64,000 nucleotides of DNA from Alphaproteobacteria bacterium (lineage in GTDB: Bacteria > Pseudomonadota > Alphaproteobacteria > BOG-932 > Roseiterribacteraceae), in contig OZ255631.1 in the NCBI GenBank assembly GCA_965276835.1, positions 3,565,575 to 3,629,574 of the forward strand. Direction: 5' to 3'. A program made the translations under genes and the position numbers. The notes under the pieces are model-generated. The model worked only from the letters and a program-made list of their open reading frames with translations, did no database searches and was not told the origin of the DNA. Every line of letters starts with the position of its first letter. Within the stretch, counting starts at the first letter, position 1. Below are positions 40,225 through 49,207 of this stretch, piece by piece.

Positions 40225-41181
40225 TCATGACCGGGCCTCTGTGTACACAGCCGTCGCCGCGTCTTCCCATGCCGGCTCCGCCGCCGCCCGCGCAAAGGCG
40301 ATAGCCATAGCGATTTCGTCCGCCACTTCGCGGTCAATCCGGTCGGCCTCACCCTTCGACAGCTTAGCTCGAGCAATCTCCACCGGGTCGCGCGCCTTCG
40401 CCGCCGCCTGCTCGGCCGGAGCGCGCCCACGCTGCGGGTCGCCCTCATAATGGCCGCCAACGCGGGCGGTTAGGCATTCCAGGATGGCGGGACCGCCCTT
40501 ACGCACATCTGCCACGACTTCGCCCGCCGCTTTGGCAACTGCGGTAACATCGTTGCCGTCCACCGCCCGGTGCCGGACGCCGTAGGCCGCCGCCAATTTT
40601 TCCAAGGTGAATACGATCTGATGCTCGGTCGGCAAGAACTCGCCCCAGCCATTGTTCTCGCACAGGAACAGCACCGGCAGATCCCACAGCTTTGCCAGGT
40701 TCAGGCATTCGTGCAGCACCCCCTCGGCCATTGCTCCATCGCCGAAGAACGCCACCGCCACGGCATCCCGGCCCAGCGTCTTGTGCGCCAGCGCACTGCC
40801 CAGCGCGATGGGCATTCCGGCGGCGACGATGCCGTTGGCGCCCAGCATGCCGTTCGCAACATCCGCCACATGCATGGACCCGCCGCGCCCCCGACAAGCG
40901 CCGCTGTCGCGCCCCAGCAATTCGGCGAAGAACGCGTCTAGTTTCATGCCCTTGGCGATGGCATGGCCGTGGCCGCGATGGGTGGAGGTGATCGTGTCGG
41001 CCTGGGTCAGCACGCTCATCACACCAGCTGCTGCCGCTTCCTGCCCGATCGACAGATGGATAAAGCCGGGGATCAGTCCCTCTGCCAGCAGCGTCGCCAG
41101 CGCTTCCTCGGTCTGGCGGATGGTCACCACCATACGATAGAGCCGCGCCGCGTTTTCAGCTTTCGGTGAAGTCTTCCCCAT
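40225..41181 (-). CDS. TPP-dependent dehydrogenase E1 alpha subunit
   Basis: HLSIGQEA, HRGHGH, GRGGSMH, FFGDGA...ENN. Confidence 0.92.
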   Translation of the reverse strand: MGKTSPKAENAARLYRMVVTIRQTEEALATLLAEGLIPGFIHLSIGQEAAAAGVMSVLTQADTITSTHRGHGHAIAKGMKLDAFFAELLGRDSGACRGRGGSMHVADVANGMLGANGIVAAGMPIALGSALAHKTLGRDAVAVAFFGDGAMAEGVLHECLNLAKLWDLPVLFLCENNGWGEFLPTEHQIVFTLEKLAAAYGVRHRAVDGNDVTAVAKAAGEVVADVRKGGPAILECLTARVGGHYEGDPQRGRAPAEQAAAKARDPVEIARAKLSKGEADRIDREVADEIAMAIAFARAAAEPAWEDAATAVYTEARS

Positions 41182-41246
41182 GCGTCGGATATGCAGGGTT
41201 TCCGGCTTTCTGTCTATCGGCGCAACGCTACGTTAGAATTGCAGGC

Positions 41247-41264
41247 CGTTCACTGTTGTGAACG
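41247..41264. promoter_or_regulatory. perfect palindrome CGTTCAC-N4-GTGAACG (candidate IclR-type operator)
   Basis: Lies in the divergent promoter between E1 alpha and CoA transferase; same motif recurs at 56532 and 56554. Confidence 0.6.
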
Positions 41265-41317
41265 CAAATGTCTATGGCTATGAACAGCCGCACGAGTTAC
41301 CCGGGAGGAAGAGCAGC

Positions 41318-42544
41318 GTGTCAGGTCCTTTGAGCGGCATACGCGTCGTTGACATTACCGCGGTCCTGATGGGACCGTTCGCCACCCAGACGCTGGGCGA
41401 CATGGGCGCGGACGTGATCAAGGTGGAATCGCCCGGCGGCGACGTCACACGGCAGATCGGGCCGATCAAGAACGAGGGTCTGGGCCCCGTCTTCATCAAC
41501 GCCAATCGCAGCAAACGCAGCATTGTCATCGACCTGAAGTCACAGAAGGGCAAAGAGGCCCTGCTGAAGCTGATCGAGACGGCGGACGTCTTCACCTACA
41601 ACATGCGTCCGCACACGATGGCGAAGCTCGGCCTGACCTATGAGGATGTGTTCAAGGTCAATCCGAAGATCATCTATTGCGGACTGTTCGGCTTCAGCCA
41701 GAACGGGCCCTACGGTTCGCGCCCGGCCTATGACGATCTGATCCAGGGCGCCTCCACCATCTCGTCCCTTATCCAGCGGTCGACCGGCGAAATTCCGCGT
41801 TATGTCCCCGCTGCGATCGCCGACCGCATCACCGGCCTGACGGCCATCAACGCGATCCTGGCGGCGCTGGTCCATCGCGGGAAGGACGGCAGGGGTCAGA
41901 AGATCGACGTTCCGATGTTCGAGACGATGACCAAGTTCTTCTTGAACGATCATATGAGTGGACTGACCTATGACCCGCCGCTGGACAAAGGTGGCTATAT
42001 CCGCCAGCTGTCGCGCGACCGCCGGCCCTATCAGACCAAAGACGGCTATGTCTGCGCGCTGATCTATAACAACAAGCACTGGACCAATTTCTTCCAAGCC
42101 ATCGGCCGCAGCGAGACGCTGACCACCGACCCGCGCTTCGCCTCGGTCACCACGCGCACGCAGCATATCGATTCAATCTATGCCGAGGTTGCGGAGCTGT
42201 TCAAAACCCGCACGACGGCCGAGTGGACCAAGCTGCTGGACGACGCCGACATCCCGGTGACGCCGATGCACACGCTGGAGACGATCTTCGAAGATCCGCA
42301 TCTGGTCGCGACCAAGTTCTTCGAATATGAGGACCACCCGACCGAGGGACGCCTGCGCCACATGCGCGAGCCGACCGAATGGTCCGACACCCAACCCAAG
42401 GCCAACCGGCACGCCCCCGTGATGGGCGAGCACACCGCCGAAATCCTGGCCGAGGTTGGGTATTCACCGAAAGAAATCGAAGCGATGCTGGCCGAAAAGG
42501 CGGTGATCGCGGCCGAAGCGCCCGAAGCTGTGGGAGAAGTCTGA
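41318..42544 (+). CDS. CaiB/BaiF family III CoA transferase
   Basis: LGDMGADVIKVE, NRSKRSI, RPAYDDLIQG, HAPVMGEHT; start moved to GTG 41318. Confidence 0.92.
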   Translation: MSGPLSGIRVVDITAVLMGPFATQTLGDMGADVIKVESPGGDVTRQIGPIKNEGLGPVFINANRSKRSIVIDLKSQKGKEALLKLIETADVFTYNMRPHTMAKLGLTYEDVFKVNPKIIYCGLFGFSQNGPYGSRPAYDDLIQGASTISSLIQRSTGEIPRYVPAAIADRITGLTAINAILAALVHRGKDGRGQKIDVPMFETMTKFFLNDHMSGLTYDPPLDKGGYIRQLSRDRRPYQTKDGYVCALIYNNKHWTNFFQAIGRSETLTTDPRFASVTTRTQHIDSIYAEVAELFKTRTTAEWTKLLDDADIPVTPMHTLETIFEDPHLVATKFFEYEDHPTEGRLRHMREPTEWSDTQPKANRHAPVMGEHTAEILAEVGYSPKEIEAMLAEKAVIAAEAPEAVGEV

Positions 42545-43710
42545 TGGATTTTAACCTCACCGAGGACCAGGAAGCGATCAAGGATGCGATCAACGCGATC
42601 TGCAGCAAGTTCGACGACGCCTACTGGCTGAAGAAGGACAAGGAAGGCGGCTTCCCCAACGATTTCTACAAGGCGGTCGCCGACGGCGGCTGGCTGGGCA
42701 TCTGCACGCCGGAGGAATATGGCGGGTCGGGCTTGGGCATCACCGAGGCGTGCATCATGATGCAGGCGATCTGCCAGTCGGGCGCCGGCATGTCCGGTGC
42801 GACCACCGTCCATATCAACCTGTTCGGCCTGCACCCTGTGGTGAAGCACGGCACCGAGGAGCAGAAGCAGCGCATGCTGCCGCCGATCGCCCACGGAAAG
42901 GTCAAGGCCTGCTTCGGCGTGACCGAGCCCAATACCGGCCTTAACACGACGCAGCTGAAGACCCGGGCGGTGCGGATGAACGACCGCTATGTCGTGCACG
43001 GCCAGAAGGTGTGGATCTCCACCGCGCAGGTCGCCGACAAGATCCTGCTGCTCGCCCGCACCACGCCGCTGGAGGAGGTCAAGAAGCCGACCCAGGGCCT
43101 CAGCCTGTTCTACACCGACCTGGACCGCAAGACGGTCGCTGTGCGCGAGATCGAGAAGATGGGCCGCAAGGCGGTCGATTCGAACGAGCTGTTCATCGAT
43201 GGGCTGGAAATCCCGTTTGAGGACCGGATCGGCGAGGAAGGCGAAGGCTTCAAATATATCCTGGACGGCATGAATCCGGAGCGCGCGCTGCTGGCGGCCG
43301 AGGCCGTGGGGCTGGGCTTCGCCGCGCTCAACCGTGCGACCGCCTATGCCAAGGAGCGCATCGTCTTCAACCGGCCCATCGGCATGAACCAGTCGGTCCA
43401 GCACCCGCTGGCCAAGAACTGGACCGAGCTGGAGGCCGCGCGCCTGATGACGATGTGCGCCGCCTGGCAGTTCGACAACGACCTGCCCTGCGGCGCGGCC
43501 GCCAACGCCGCCAAATATCTGGCGGCCGAGGCCGGGATGGCCGCCTGCCAGCAGGCGATGATGACCCATGGCGGCTTCGGTTACGCCAAGGAATTCCATG
43601 TCGAACGCTATATGCGCGAGATGATGATCCCCTGGATCGCCCCGATCACCCCGAACCTGATCCTGTCCTATATCGCCGAACGCGTGCTGGGCCTGCCGAA
43701 GAGCTATTGA
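42544..43710 (+). CDS. acyl-CoA dehydrogenase
   Basis: FGVTEPNTG, GQKVWIS, HGGFGYAKEFHVERY; TGATG overlap at 42542-42546. Confidence 0.93.
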   Translation: MDFNLTEDQEAIKDAINAICSKFDDAYWLKKDKEGGFPNDFYKAVADGGWLGICTPEEYGGSGLGITEACIMMQAICQSGAGMSGATTVHINLFGLHPVVKHGTEEQKQRMLPPIAHGKVKACFGVTEPNTGLNTTQLKTRAVRMNDRYVVHGQKVWISTAQVADKILLLARTTPLEEVKKPTQGLSLFYTDLDRKTVAVREIEKMGRKAVDSNELFIDGLEIPFEDRIGEEGEGFKYILDGMNPERALLAAEAVGLGFAALNRATAYAKERIVFNRPIGMNQSVQHPLAKNWTELEAARLMTMCAAWQFDNDLPCGAAANAAKYLAAEAGMAACQQAMMTHGGFGYAKEFHVERYMREMMIPWIAPITPNLILSYIAERVLGLPKSY

Positions 43711-44285
43711 CGATCCGCGCCGAACAAACCCTCATCCAACGCCCAGCGGCCAAGCTCGACATGTTGCGTCATGCCGACAAGGCTGTCGACCAACACGAAG
43801 TCGCGCGCGATCCATTTGATGGGGTCGATTGAATGTTCGGGAACCGCATGGCGATCGTACAATAAGGTCATATGCGGCGTGATTTTCGGCCTCAAGCGAT
43901 CTGCGAGGCCGACGGCGCGAAGCGCCATCCGCAGCCTGTTCCGGAAGACATGGAAATCGGCGAGCCCTTTCCCGCTGGTCAGGACCAGTGGCCGCTTCTC
44001 GCCGGCGGCAAAGCTGCCCAGTCGGTCGAAGGCCATTTCGAACTGCCTGAATGTCACTGTTTCCGCGGCCCGCGTCGCGCGTGCGATCGGCCCTGCCGGA
44101 TAGTCGGGATAGTCACCCAAATGAATGGCCGTAACATGAAGCCGTTCCGGCTCCAGGGGTTTGCCCATGAGCGCATGTGCCTGCCGTTCGTGACGCGCGC
44201 TGCTGGCAATGCGATACGCCAGCAAGGGCGGCGGCGGCACAAAGAAGAGAATGCGGTGGCACAGCGGCGAGGCGCGTTTTAGCAT
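43704..44285 (-). CDS. 2H phosphoesterase (RNA 2',3'-cyclic phosphodiesterase / LigT-like)
   Basis: Two HxT motifs: LHVTAIHLG and PHMTLLY. Confidence 0.85.
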   Translation of the reverse strand: MLKRASPLCHRILFFVPPPPLLAYRIASSARHERQAHALMGKPLEPERLHVTAIHLGDYPDYPAGPIARATRAAETVTFRQFEMAFDRLGSFAAGEKRPLVLTSGKGLADFHVFRNRLRMALRAVGLADRLRPKITPHMTLLYDRHAVPEHSIDPIKWIARDFVLVDSLVGMTQHVELGRWALDEGLFGADRQ

Positions 44286-44288
44286 GAT

Positions 44289-44324
44289 GTTCCTTTAATG
44301 TACTTAAGTGTACATACAGAGAAC
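44289..44324. promoter_or_regulatory. two oppositely oriented alpha-type LexA-like boxes
   Basis: GTTC-N7-GTAC at 44289-44303 and GTAC-N7-GAAC at 44310-44324; the first overlaps the RBS of the 2H gene. Confidence 0.6.
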
Positions 44325-44342
44325 ACATGCGGGAGTCGAATC

Positions 44343-44377
44343 AAAAAAAGCCCTCACCCGCCAGAAGCAGGAGGGTT
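44343..44377 (-). terminator. intrinsic terminator on minus strand
   Basis: CCCTC-CTGC...GCGG-GT-GAGGG stem followed by a T-run on the minus strand. Confidence 0.55.
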
Positions 44378-44594
44378 CAATAGCCTACGTCTTCGCGCCG
44401 AGCGTCTGATCTTCAGCCTGTTCAAAGCGCGCATCCCACGCCATCCTGCCGCCGCCTACACTGTGACGCGGCGTCGCGCGGACCGTGTGTTCACGCTTAG
44501 ACGTTTGCCAAGCGCCCCGACTCGTGATCTGCTCAGATCGAATAACAAATACGGCGTCAAAGATGCGCCTGGACCAGACAATGGATGTGCGAGG

Positions 44595-44789
44595 ATGAGC
44601 GAAAGCGACAAGACAGCGGTCGAGGCCGCGCTGAAGGCCAATCCCCTGGCGATCGCCGAGGCGGAGGGGCATTTGAAGAAGGGCCTGCTGATTCTCAGCC
44701 AGGAAATCGGCCTGACCGCGACCAGCAACATCATCTCCGATATCTTGGTCCGCCTGCATGGCGACCTGCCGGTGGGCCGCCTGCACTAA
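44595..44789 (+). CDS. small hypothetical protein (64 aa)
   Basis: GC3-rich codons, MSESDKTAVEAALKANPLAIAEAEGHL...; weak RBS. Confidence 0.5.
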   Translation: MSESDKTAVEAALKANPLAIAEAEGHLKKGLLILSQEIGLTATSNIISDILVRLHGDLPVGRLH

Positions 44790-44801
44790 CCCCCGGACGA
44801 A

Positions 44802-45041
44802 CTAAGCCTCGACATCGATCTCCGGCCGGTCGCCGCCATCGGCCAGTTCTTCGTGCCACTTGCCGTCCGGCCCTTCATAAAGGATCGCCGCGGTATCGCC
44901 CGGTGTCCGCTGCTCGGCGGCGACAGCACGGGCCGCGTCGGCGGCAGCCTCACGAGACAGATAGGTTTCCGCGAACACGCCGTCCTGGGTGTAGGTCCAG
45001 CCGCCGTCGTGCGGCACTACCTTATAGGTCACATGCGCCAT
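44802..45041 (-). CDS. DUF2188-like small protein
   Basis: YKVVPHDGGW...ETY.SREAA..AA...A.EQ pattern. Confidence 0.75.
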   Translation of the reverse strand: MAHVTYKVVPHDGGWTYTQDGVFAETYLSREAAADAARAVAAEQRTPGDTAAILYEGPDGKWHEELADGGDRPEIDVEA

Positions 45042-45157
45042 AGATCGGGTCCTCTGCCGGTTTCGGTGATTGACGCGACCGCGCCACTACGTCCAGCATA
45101 GCATCGGAATTCGAAGCCGCTTGCATTGGCATGCGCAAAATTTGGGGAGACAGCTTG

Positions 45158-45643
45158 ATGGTCGAATTATCGGAAGGCATGCCGAAGGATGCGGCCAGCG
45201 CCGGCGCCTATATCTTCACCGTCACCAAGCCGACGTTGGACGACCTGAAGGTCATGGTCATGCTGGAGGCCGCGGGCAAAGGTTTCTACGACGCCCTGTC
45301 CGCCTCCGCCCCCAACGAGGCCGTCCGCGCCCTGCTGGCAAAGAACGGGCAGGAAGAGATGGGCCACGCCCACCGCGTCGTCCGCGTGATCAAGCAGGTC
45401 TTCGGCGTGGACTTCGCCATCCCGACGCCGGAGGAGAATCCCTATGCGATGGGATCGGCTGGGATCCAGGTCTCGAAAGACATGCTGAACGGCATCACCC
45501 AGGGTGAGATCGCCGGCGAAGGCCTGTATGAAAGCTGGGCCGTGGCGCTGGGCGACGAAGAAGCGGCCCGCCAACTGCGCCAGAACGGCAAGGAAGAACG
45601 CGGCCACGGCGAGCGTGCGCAGCAGGCCGTGGCGCTGCTTTAA
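45158..45643 (+). CDS. ferritin-like diiron four-helix-bundle protein
   Basis: LE...EEMGH and GE...EERGH paired carboxylate/His motifs; start moved to ATG 45158. Confidence 0.75.
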   Translation: MVELSEGMPKDAASAGAYIFTVTKPTLDDLKVMVMLEAAGKGFYDALSASAPNEAVRALLAKNGQEEMGHAHRVVRVIKQVFGVDFAIPTPEENPYAMGSAGIQVSKDMLNGITQGEIAGEGLYESWAVALGDEEAARQLRQNGKEERGHGERAQQAVALL

Positions 45644-45852
45644 TAATGCGGCGGCGGCGGCTCCGGCGCGCTGGGGGCACCGGCGGCGTTGCCGATGTTG
45701 CGCACCTCCTGCGTCAGGCGGGTCACCGTCTCTGTCAGGTCGTCGATCGCCTTCCACTGCGCGGTGACGGTTGCGTTCAGCTCGTCGATCGTCATGTCCT
45801 GATGCGCGACCTTGACCTCAAGTTCGTCCACCCTGGCCGATAAGTCGGTCAT
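45640..45852 (-). CDS. slyX: SlyX family protein
   Basis: RVDELEVKVAHQDMTIDELN..V..Q...EPPPPHY. Confidence 0.92.
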   Translation of the reverse strand: MTDLSARVDELEVKVAHQDMTIDELNATVTAQWKAIDDLTETVTRLTQEVRNIGNAAGAPSAPEPPPPHY

Positions 45853-45931
45853 TCGCTGTACCCCGGAGCATTAAACCAAAGGGGTTTCAACATGCTTCGG
45901 CACGGGCGGCAAGTGCATTAGGCTGATAAGC

Positions 45932-46579
45932 ATGCACCCGCCGTCCCTGCCCTGCGCCCACCCCGATGCCGCCGTCATTCCCGGCCGGCTGGTCGATCTC
46001 GAGCGGGCCGATCCGGCGCGGCATGCCGAGAGCCTGTGGCTGTCGATCGGGCAGGATGCCGCGCTGTGGAGCCTGATCCCACCCGGGCCGTTCGCTGACC
46101 TTCAAGGTTTTGCCACGTGGCTGGCGGATCGCAGCAACCGCGCCGAAGCGGTCCTTTACGCCGTCGTCGACAACACCAGCGGACAGGCCGCCGGGCTGTT
46201 CTTTCTGCTGAACGTCAACCCGGCGATGGGCACTGTGGAGATGGGGCTGGTCTACGGCTCCGCTTTGTCGCGGCGCACGGCCGGAACGGAGGCGTTTCTG
46301 CTGCTGGCCCGTTATGTGCTGGGCACGCTGGGTTATCGCCGGATGGAGTGGCGTTGCGCGCCCGAGCACGCCGCATCGCGCCGCGCGGCGGTCCGCTTCG
46401 GCTTCACCGAAGAGGGCCTGCTGCGCCAGACGATGTGGATGAAGGACCGCAGTTGGGACACGCAGCTTTACGCGATGCTGGACCATGAATGGCCTGCCGT
46501 CGCGGCACGGCTGACGGCGTGGCTTTCGCCGGACAATTTCACCGCCGATGGGCGGCAGATCAAACCGCTAAATGCGTAG
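45932..46579 (+). CDS. GNAT N-acetyltransferase (RimJ/RimL type)
   Basis: GTVEMG, LGYRRMEWRC, FGFTEEGLLRQ, DTQLYAMLDHEWP. Confidence 0.9.
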   Translation: MHPPSLPCAHPDAAVIPGRLVDLERADPARHAESLWLSIGQDAALWSLIPPGPFADLQGFATWLADRSNRAEAVLYAVVDNTSGQAAGLFFLLNVNPAMGTVEMGLVYGSALSRRTAGTEAFLLLARYVLGTLGYRRMEWRCAPEHAASRRAAVRFGFTEEGLLRQTMWMKDRSWDTQLYAMLDHEWPAVAARLTAWLSPDNFTADGRQIKPLNA

Positions 46580-46609
46580 AGCAAGGCCGAGTTCGGAAAG
46601 CGATAAGAT

Positions 46610-46710
46610 TAAGAGGTTAGCCACAGATGGACACAGATTTTCACAGATAAGAATGAAATTTCTTAGGATTTCATCTGCGTAAATCTGTGTCCATCTGTGG
46701 CTAACTCTTA
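46610..46710. repeat. AT-richer palindromic element built from CACAGAT heptamers
   Basis: Perfect 25-bp arms at 46616-46640 and 46681-46705; inner ATGAAAT/ATTTCAT stem. Confidence 0.92.
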
Positions 46711-46721
46711 CTGGTTTCACC

Positions 46722-48008
46722 TCACCCCACCGCGTAGTGCGCCACGAACAGCACCGCCAGGATCGCCATCGGCCAGCCGATTTCGCGTGCGCGGCCGGCC
46801 AATAACTTCACCGCGGCGAAGGCGATGAAGCCGAGCGCGATGCCGTTGGAGATGGAGAAGGTGAGCGGCATCGCGAGCGCGGTGACCAGGGCCGGCGCAT
46901 AATCGGTCACGTCGTCCCACTTCATCTCCGCCAGGCTGCGCACCATCAGGCAGGCGACGAACAGCAGGGCCGGCGCGGTGGCATAGTCTGGAACGCTACT
47001 TGCGAGCGGCGCGAAGAACAGGCTGAGCAGGAACAGCAATGCGACCACCACCCCGACCAGCCCGGTGCGGCCACCCGCCTTAACCCCGGCGGCGCTTTCG
47101 ATATAGGACGTGACCGGCGACGTGCCGAGCGCGGCCCCCGCCAGCACCGACAGCGAATCCGCCACCAGAACCTTGCGCAGGCGCGGCAAGGTGCCGTCGG
47201 GCCGCAGCAGCCCGGCCTGATGGGCGACGCCGATCAGCGTGCCGGTGGAATCGAACAGGTCGACGAAGAAGAAGGCGAGAATCACCGCCAAGCTGCCCAG
47301 GTTGAACAGGCTTTTCAGATCCATCGCCAGAAAGGTGGGCGCCAGGCTGGGCGGCATCGACACCACCCCGCCGAACGGCGAAACGCCAGCCAAGATGCCG
47401 GCGACGGTCACGCCCAGCACCGCGATCAGGATGGCGCCCGGCACCTTGCGCGCATCCAGCGCCACCATGGCGATGAAGCCCGCCGCCGCCAGCAGAACCG
47501 CCGGGGAATGCATATTGCCCAGCGTGACATAGGTGTCCTTGTTGGGCGCGATCAGCCCGGCATTCTTCAGCGCCAGAATCCCGAGGAAGAGGCCGATGCC
47601 GGCGGCGATCGCCATCTTCTGCGACGCCGGAATGCCTTGGACGATCCAGATGCGCAGGCGCGTGACGCTGACGATCAGGAACAGGATGCCGGAGAGGAAC
47701 ACCGCGCCCAGCGCCGCCTGCCAGGAGTAATGCTGGCCGATCACCACGCTGTAGGTGAAAAAGGCGTTGATCCCCATGCCGGGGGCCAGGGCGATGGGAT
47801 AATTGGCGTAAAGCGCCATGATCAGCGTGGCCAACGCCGAGGCCAGGCAGGTGGCGACAAACACCGCGCCTTTGTCCATCCCGGCATCCGACAGGATCAG
47901 CGGATTGACGAACATGATGTAGGCCATTGTCAGGAACGTGGTGACACCCGCCACCACCTCCGTCCGTACCGTGCCGCCTTGTTCGGTGATCTTGAAGAAA
48001 CGCTCCAT
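46722..48008 (-). CDS. NCS2-family (AzgA-type) purine permease
   Basis: EVVAGVTTFLTMAYIMFVNP, APGMGINAFF, YIESAAGVKAGGRTGL; start moved to ATG 48008. Confidence 0.92.
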   Translation of the reverse strand: MERFFKITEQGGTVRTEVVAGVTTFLTMAYIMFVNPLILSDAGMDKGAVFVATCLASALATLIMALYANYPIALAPGMGINAFFTYSVVIGQHYSWQAALGAVFLSGILFLIVSVTRLRIWIVQGIPASQKMAIAAGIGLFLGILALKNAGLIAPNKDTYVTLGNMHSPAVLLAAAGFIAMVALDARKVPGAILIAVLGVTVAGILAGVSPFGGVVSMPPSLAPTFLAMDLKSLFNLGSLAVILAFFFVDLFDSTGTLIGVAHQAGLLRPDGTLPRLRKVLVADSLSVLAGAALGTSPVTSYIESAAGVKAGGRTGLVGVVVALLFLLSLFFAPLASSVPDYATAPALLFVACLMVRSLAEMKWDDVTDYAPALVTALAMPLTFSISNGIALGFIAFAAVKLLAGRAREIGWPMAILAVLFVAHYAVG

Positions 48009-48068
48009 GGCGGGATGGTGGCTGATTCTACCGGCGGAATGAAGAGAATTTTGCGCATGCGTCATTAA

Positions 48069-48254
48069 CCTCACCCCACGGGAAAGAGGTCGGATTGCGT
48101 ACGCGACCGGAGGTCGCTTTTGCGCAAGACAAGCCGCCTTTGGCGGCGCCGGGGGGGCTCTCTCAGATTGCGCGATGCTTGAAACAGGGGAGCCGGCTTC
48201 ACCAGCTCCCCTCACCCGCCGCTTACGCGGCGACCTCTCCCCCGTGGGGCGAGG
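48069..48254. repeat. GC-rich palindromic intergenic repeat, degenerate copy 2
   Basis: GAGGTCGGATTGCG... and CCCCTCACCCG...CGACCTCTCCCCCGTGGGGCGAGG halves. Confidence 0.75.
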
Positions 48255-48267
48255 CAATAAGCACAGA

Positions 48268-48999
48268 TCAACTGCTATCCTGCCGGTCGCGGGCATACAG
48301 GCCTTTCTTCGCGTCGTATTCCGCCCAGACGTTCGGCGCACCCGGGCGCAAGCCCACCTGCACCTTGTCCTCGCCGAAGACCAGAAAGCTGTAATAAGGC
48401 TCGATGTTGTTGATGCAGGTGTCCAGCGCCGGATGGGGGATGGCGCGGACCAGTTCAACCTGATCGATCGGCGCCTCATTGGCCGCATCCATGCGCCCAT
48501 GCGCGATCAGATCTGCCCGCATCGCCTCGGCGATCAATTGCACGTTGGCGCCCATCTTCGCATCGCGGCAGGCTTCCAGTTCCCGATCGGTATAGTCGTC
48601 ATATTCGGTGTAATCGCCGTTGGTCCAGGCATCGTCGCGCGGCTTCGGCCCGTTCTTATATGGCTTGGGCTGCGGCGCATTCTGGTTGGCCGGCGCGGTC
48701 GCCAAGGCGGCGGCGGGCGCCCGATGCCCCGGCTGATCGCGCAGGCCCGCGATTTCCAATTGCAACACGCCGATCTGGCGCAAGGCCCGCGCCGCCTTGA
48801 CCGCCGCATTGCTCAATCGCGGCAGGTCTTCTTGACCTTCTTCGGTTTTCGCCTTGGCATCCAGTTGCCGCTGAAAACCCATCTCGATCCCGCGCGCCTC
48901 TGTCAGCTCCGCCTGAATGGCAGCCTTCAGCGCCGCATTCGCCGCATCGGCGTCGGGCGGGGTTATCCAGTCCAGGTCATCGGTTTCGATTGCGCTCAT
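48268..48999 (-). CDS. hypothetical protein (243 aa)
   Basis: Open frame from ATG 48999 (MSAIETDDLDW); the track's longer N-terminus runs through a repeat. Confidence 0.65.
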   Translation of the reverse strand: MSAIETDDLDWITPPDADAANAALKAAIQAELTEARGIEMGFQRQLDAKAKTEEGQEDLPRLSNAAVKAARALRQIGVLQLEIAGLRDQPGHRAPAAALATAPANQNAPQPKPYKNGPKPRDDAWTNGDYTEYDDYTDRELEACRDAKMGANVQLIAEAMRADLIAHGRMDAANEAPIDQVELVRAIPHPALDTCINNIEPYYSFLVFGEDKVQVGLRPGAPNVWAEYDAKKGLYARDRQDSS

Positions 49000-49046
49000 T
49001 AAAAGAACAAATAAGATACAAAATAGGATATTCAAGGGATGTTTAA

Positions 49047-49146
49047 TTTTTAACGCAGAGGCCGCGGAGGAAGGCGCGGAGGACGCAGAGAACATTAATC
49101 TTCGCTCCGCGCCCTCTGCGTTATCTCTGCGCACTCCGCGTTAAAA
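49047..49146. repeat. palindromic element built from CGC(A/G)GAG units, ends TTTTAACGC...GCGTTAAAA
   Basis: Four CGCRGAG units on the left arm, four CTCYGCG units on the right arm. Confidence 0.88.
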
Positions 49147-49207
49147 TCGGGTGGAAAAGCGAAGCGCCCTACACCGATTGGCTGGCGGCCTCATCGGGCG
49201 ATGACGC

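Noticed and set aside
42178-43599. 473-aa minus-strand ORF
   Set aside because: Shadow of the CoA transferase and ACAD genes
44385-44786. 133-aa minus-strand ORF
   Set aside because: Mostly antisense to the 44595 ORF and without coding-like composition; only the last 19 codons are kept as a candidate
48009-48500. 164-aa N-terminal extension of the NCS2 permease
   Set aside because: Runs through repeat copy 2 and overlaps another gene; the family N-terminus starts at MERFFK
49000-49134. N-terminal extension of the 48268 ORF (MRRDNAEGAERR...)
   Set aside because: It is the translation of the CGCAGAG palindrome
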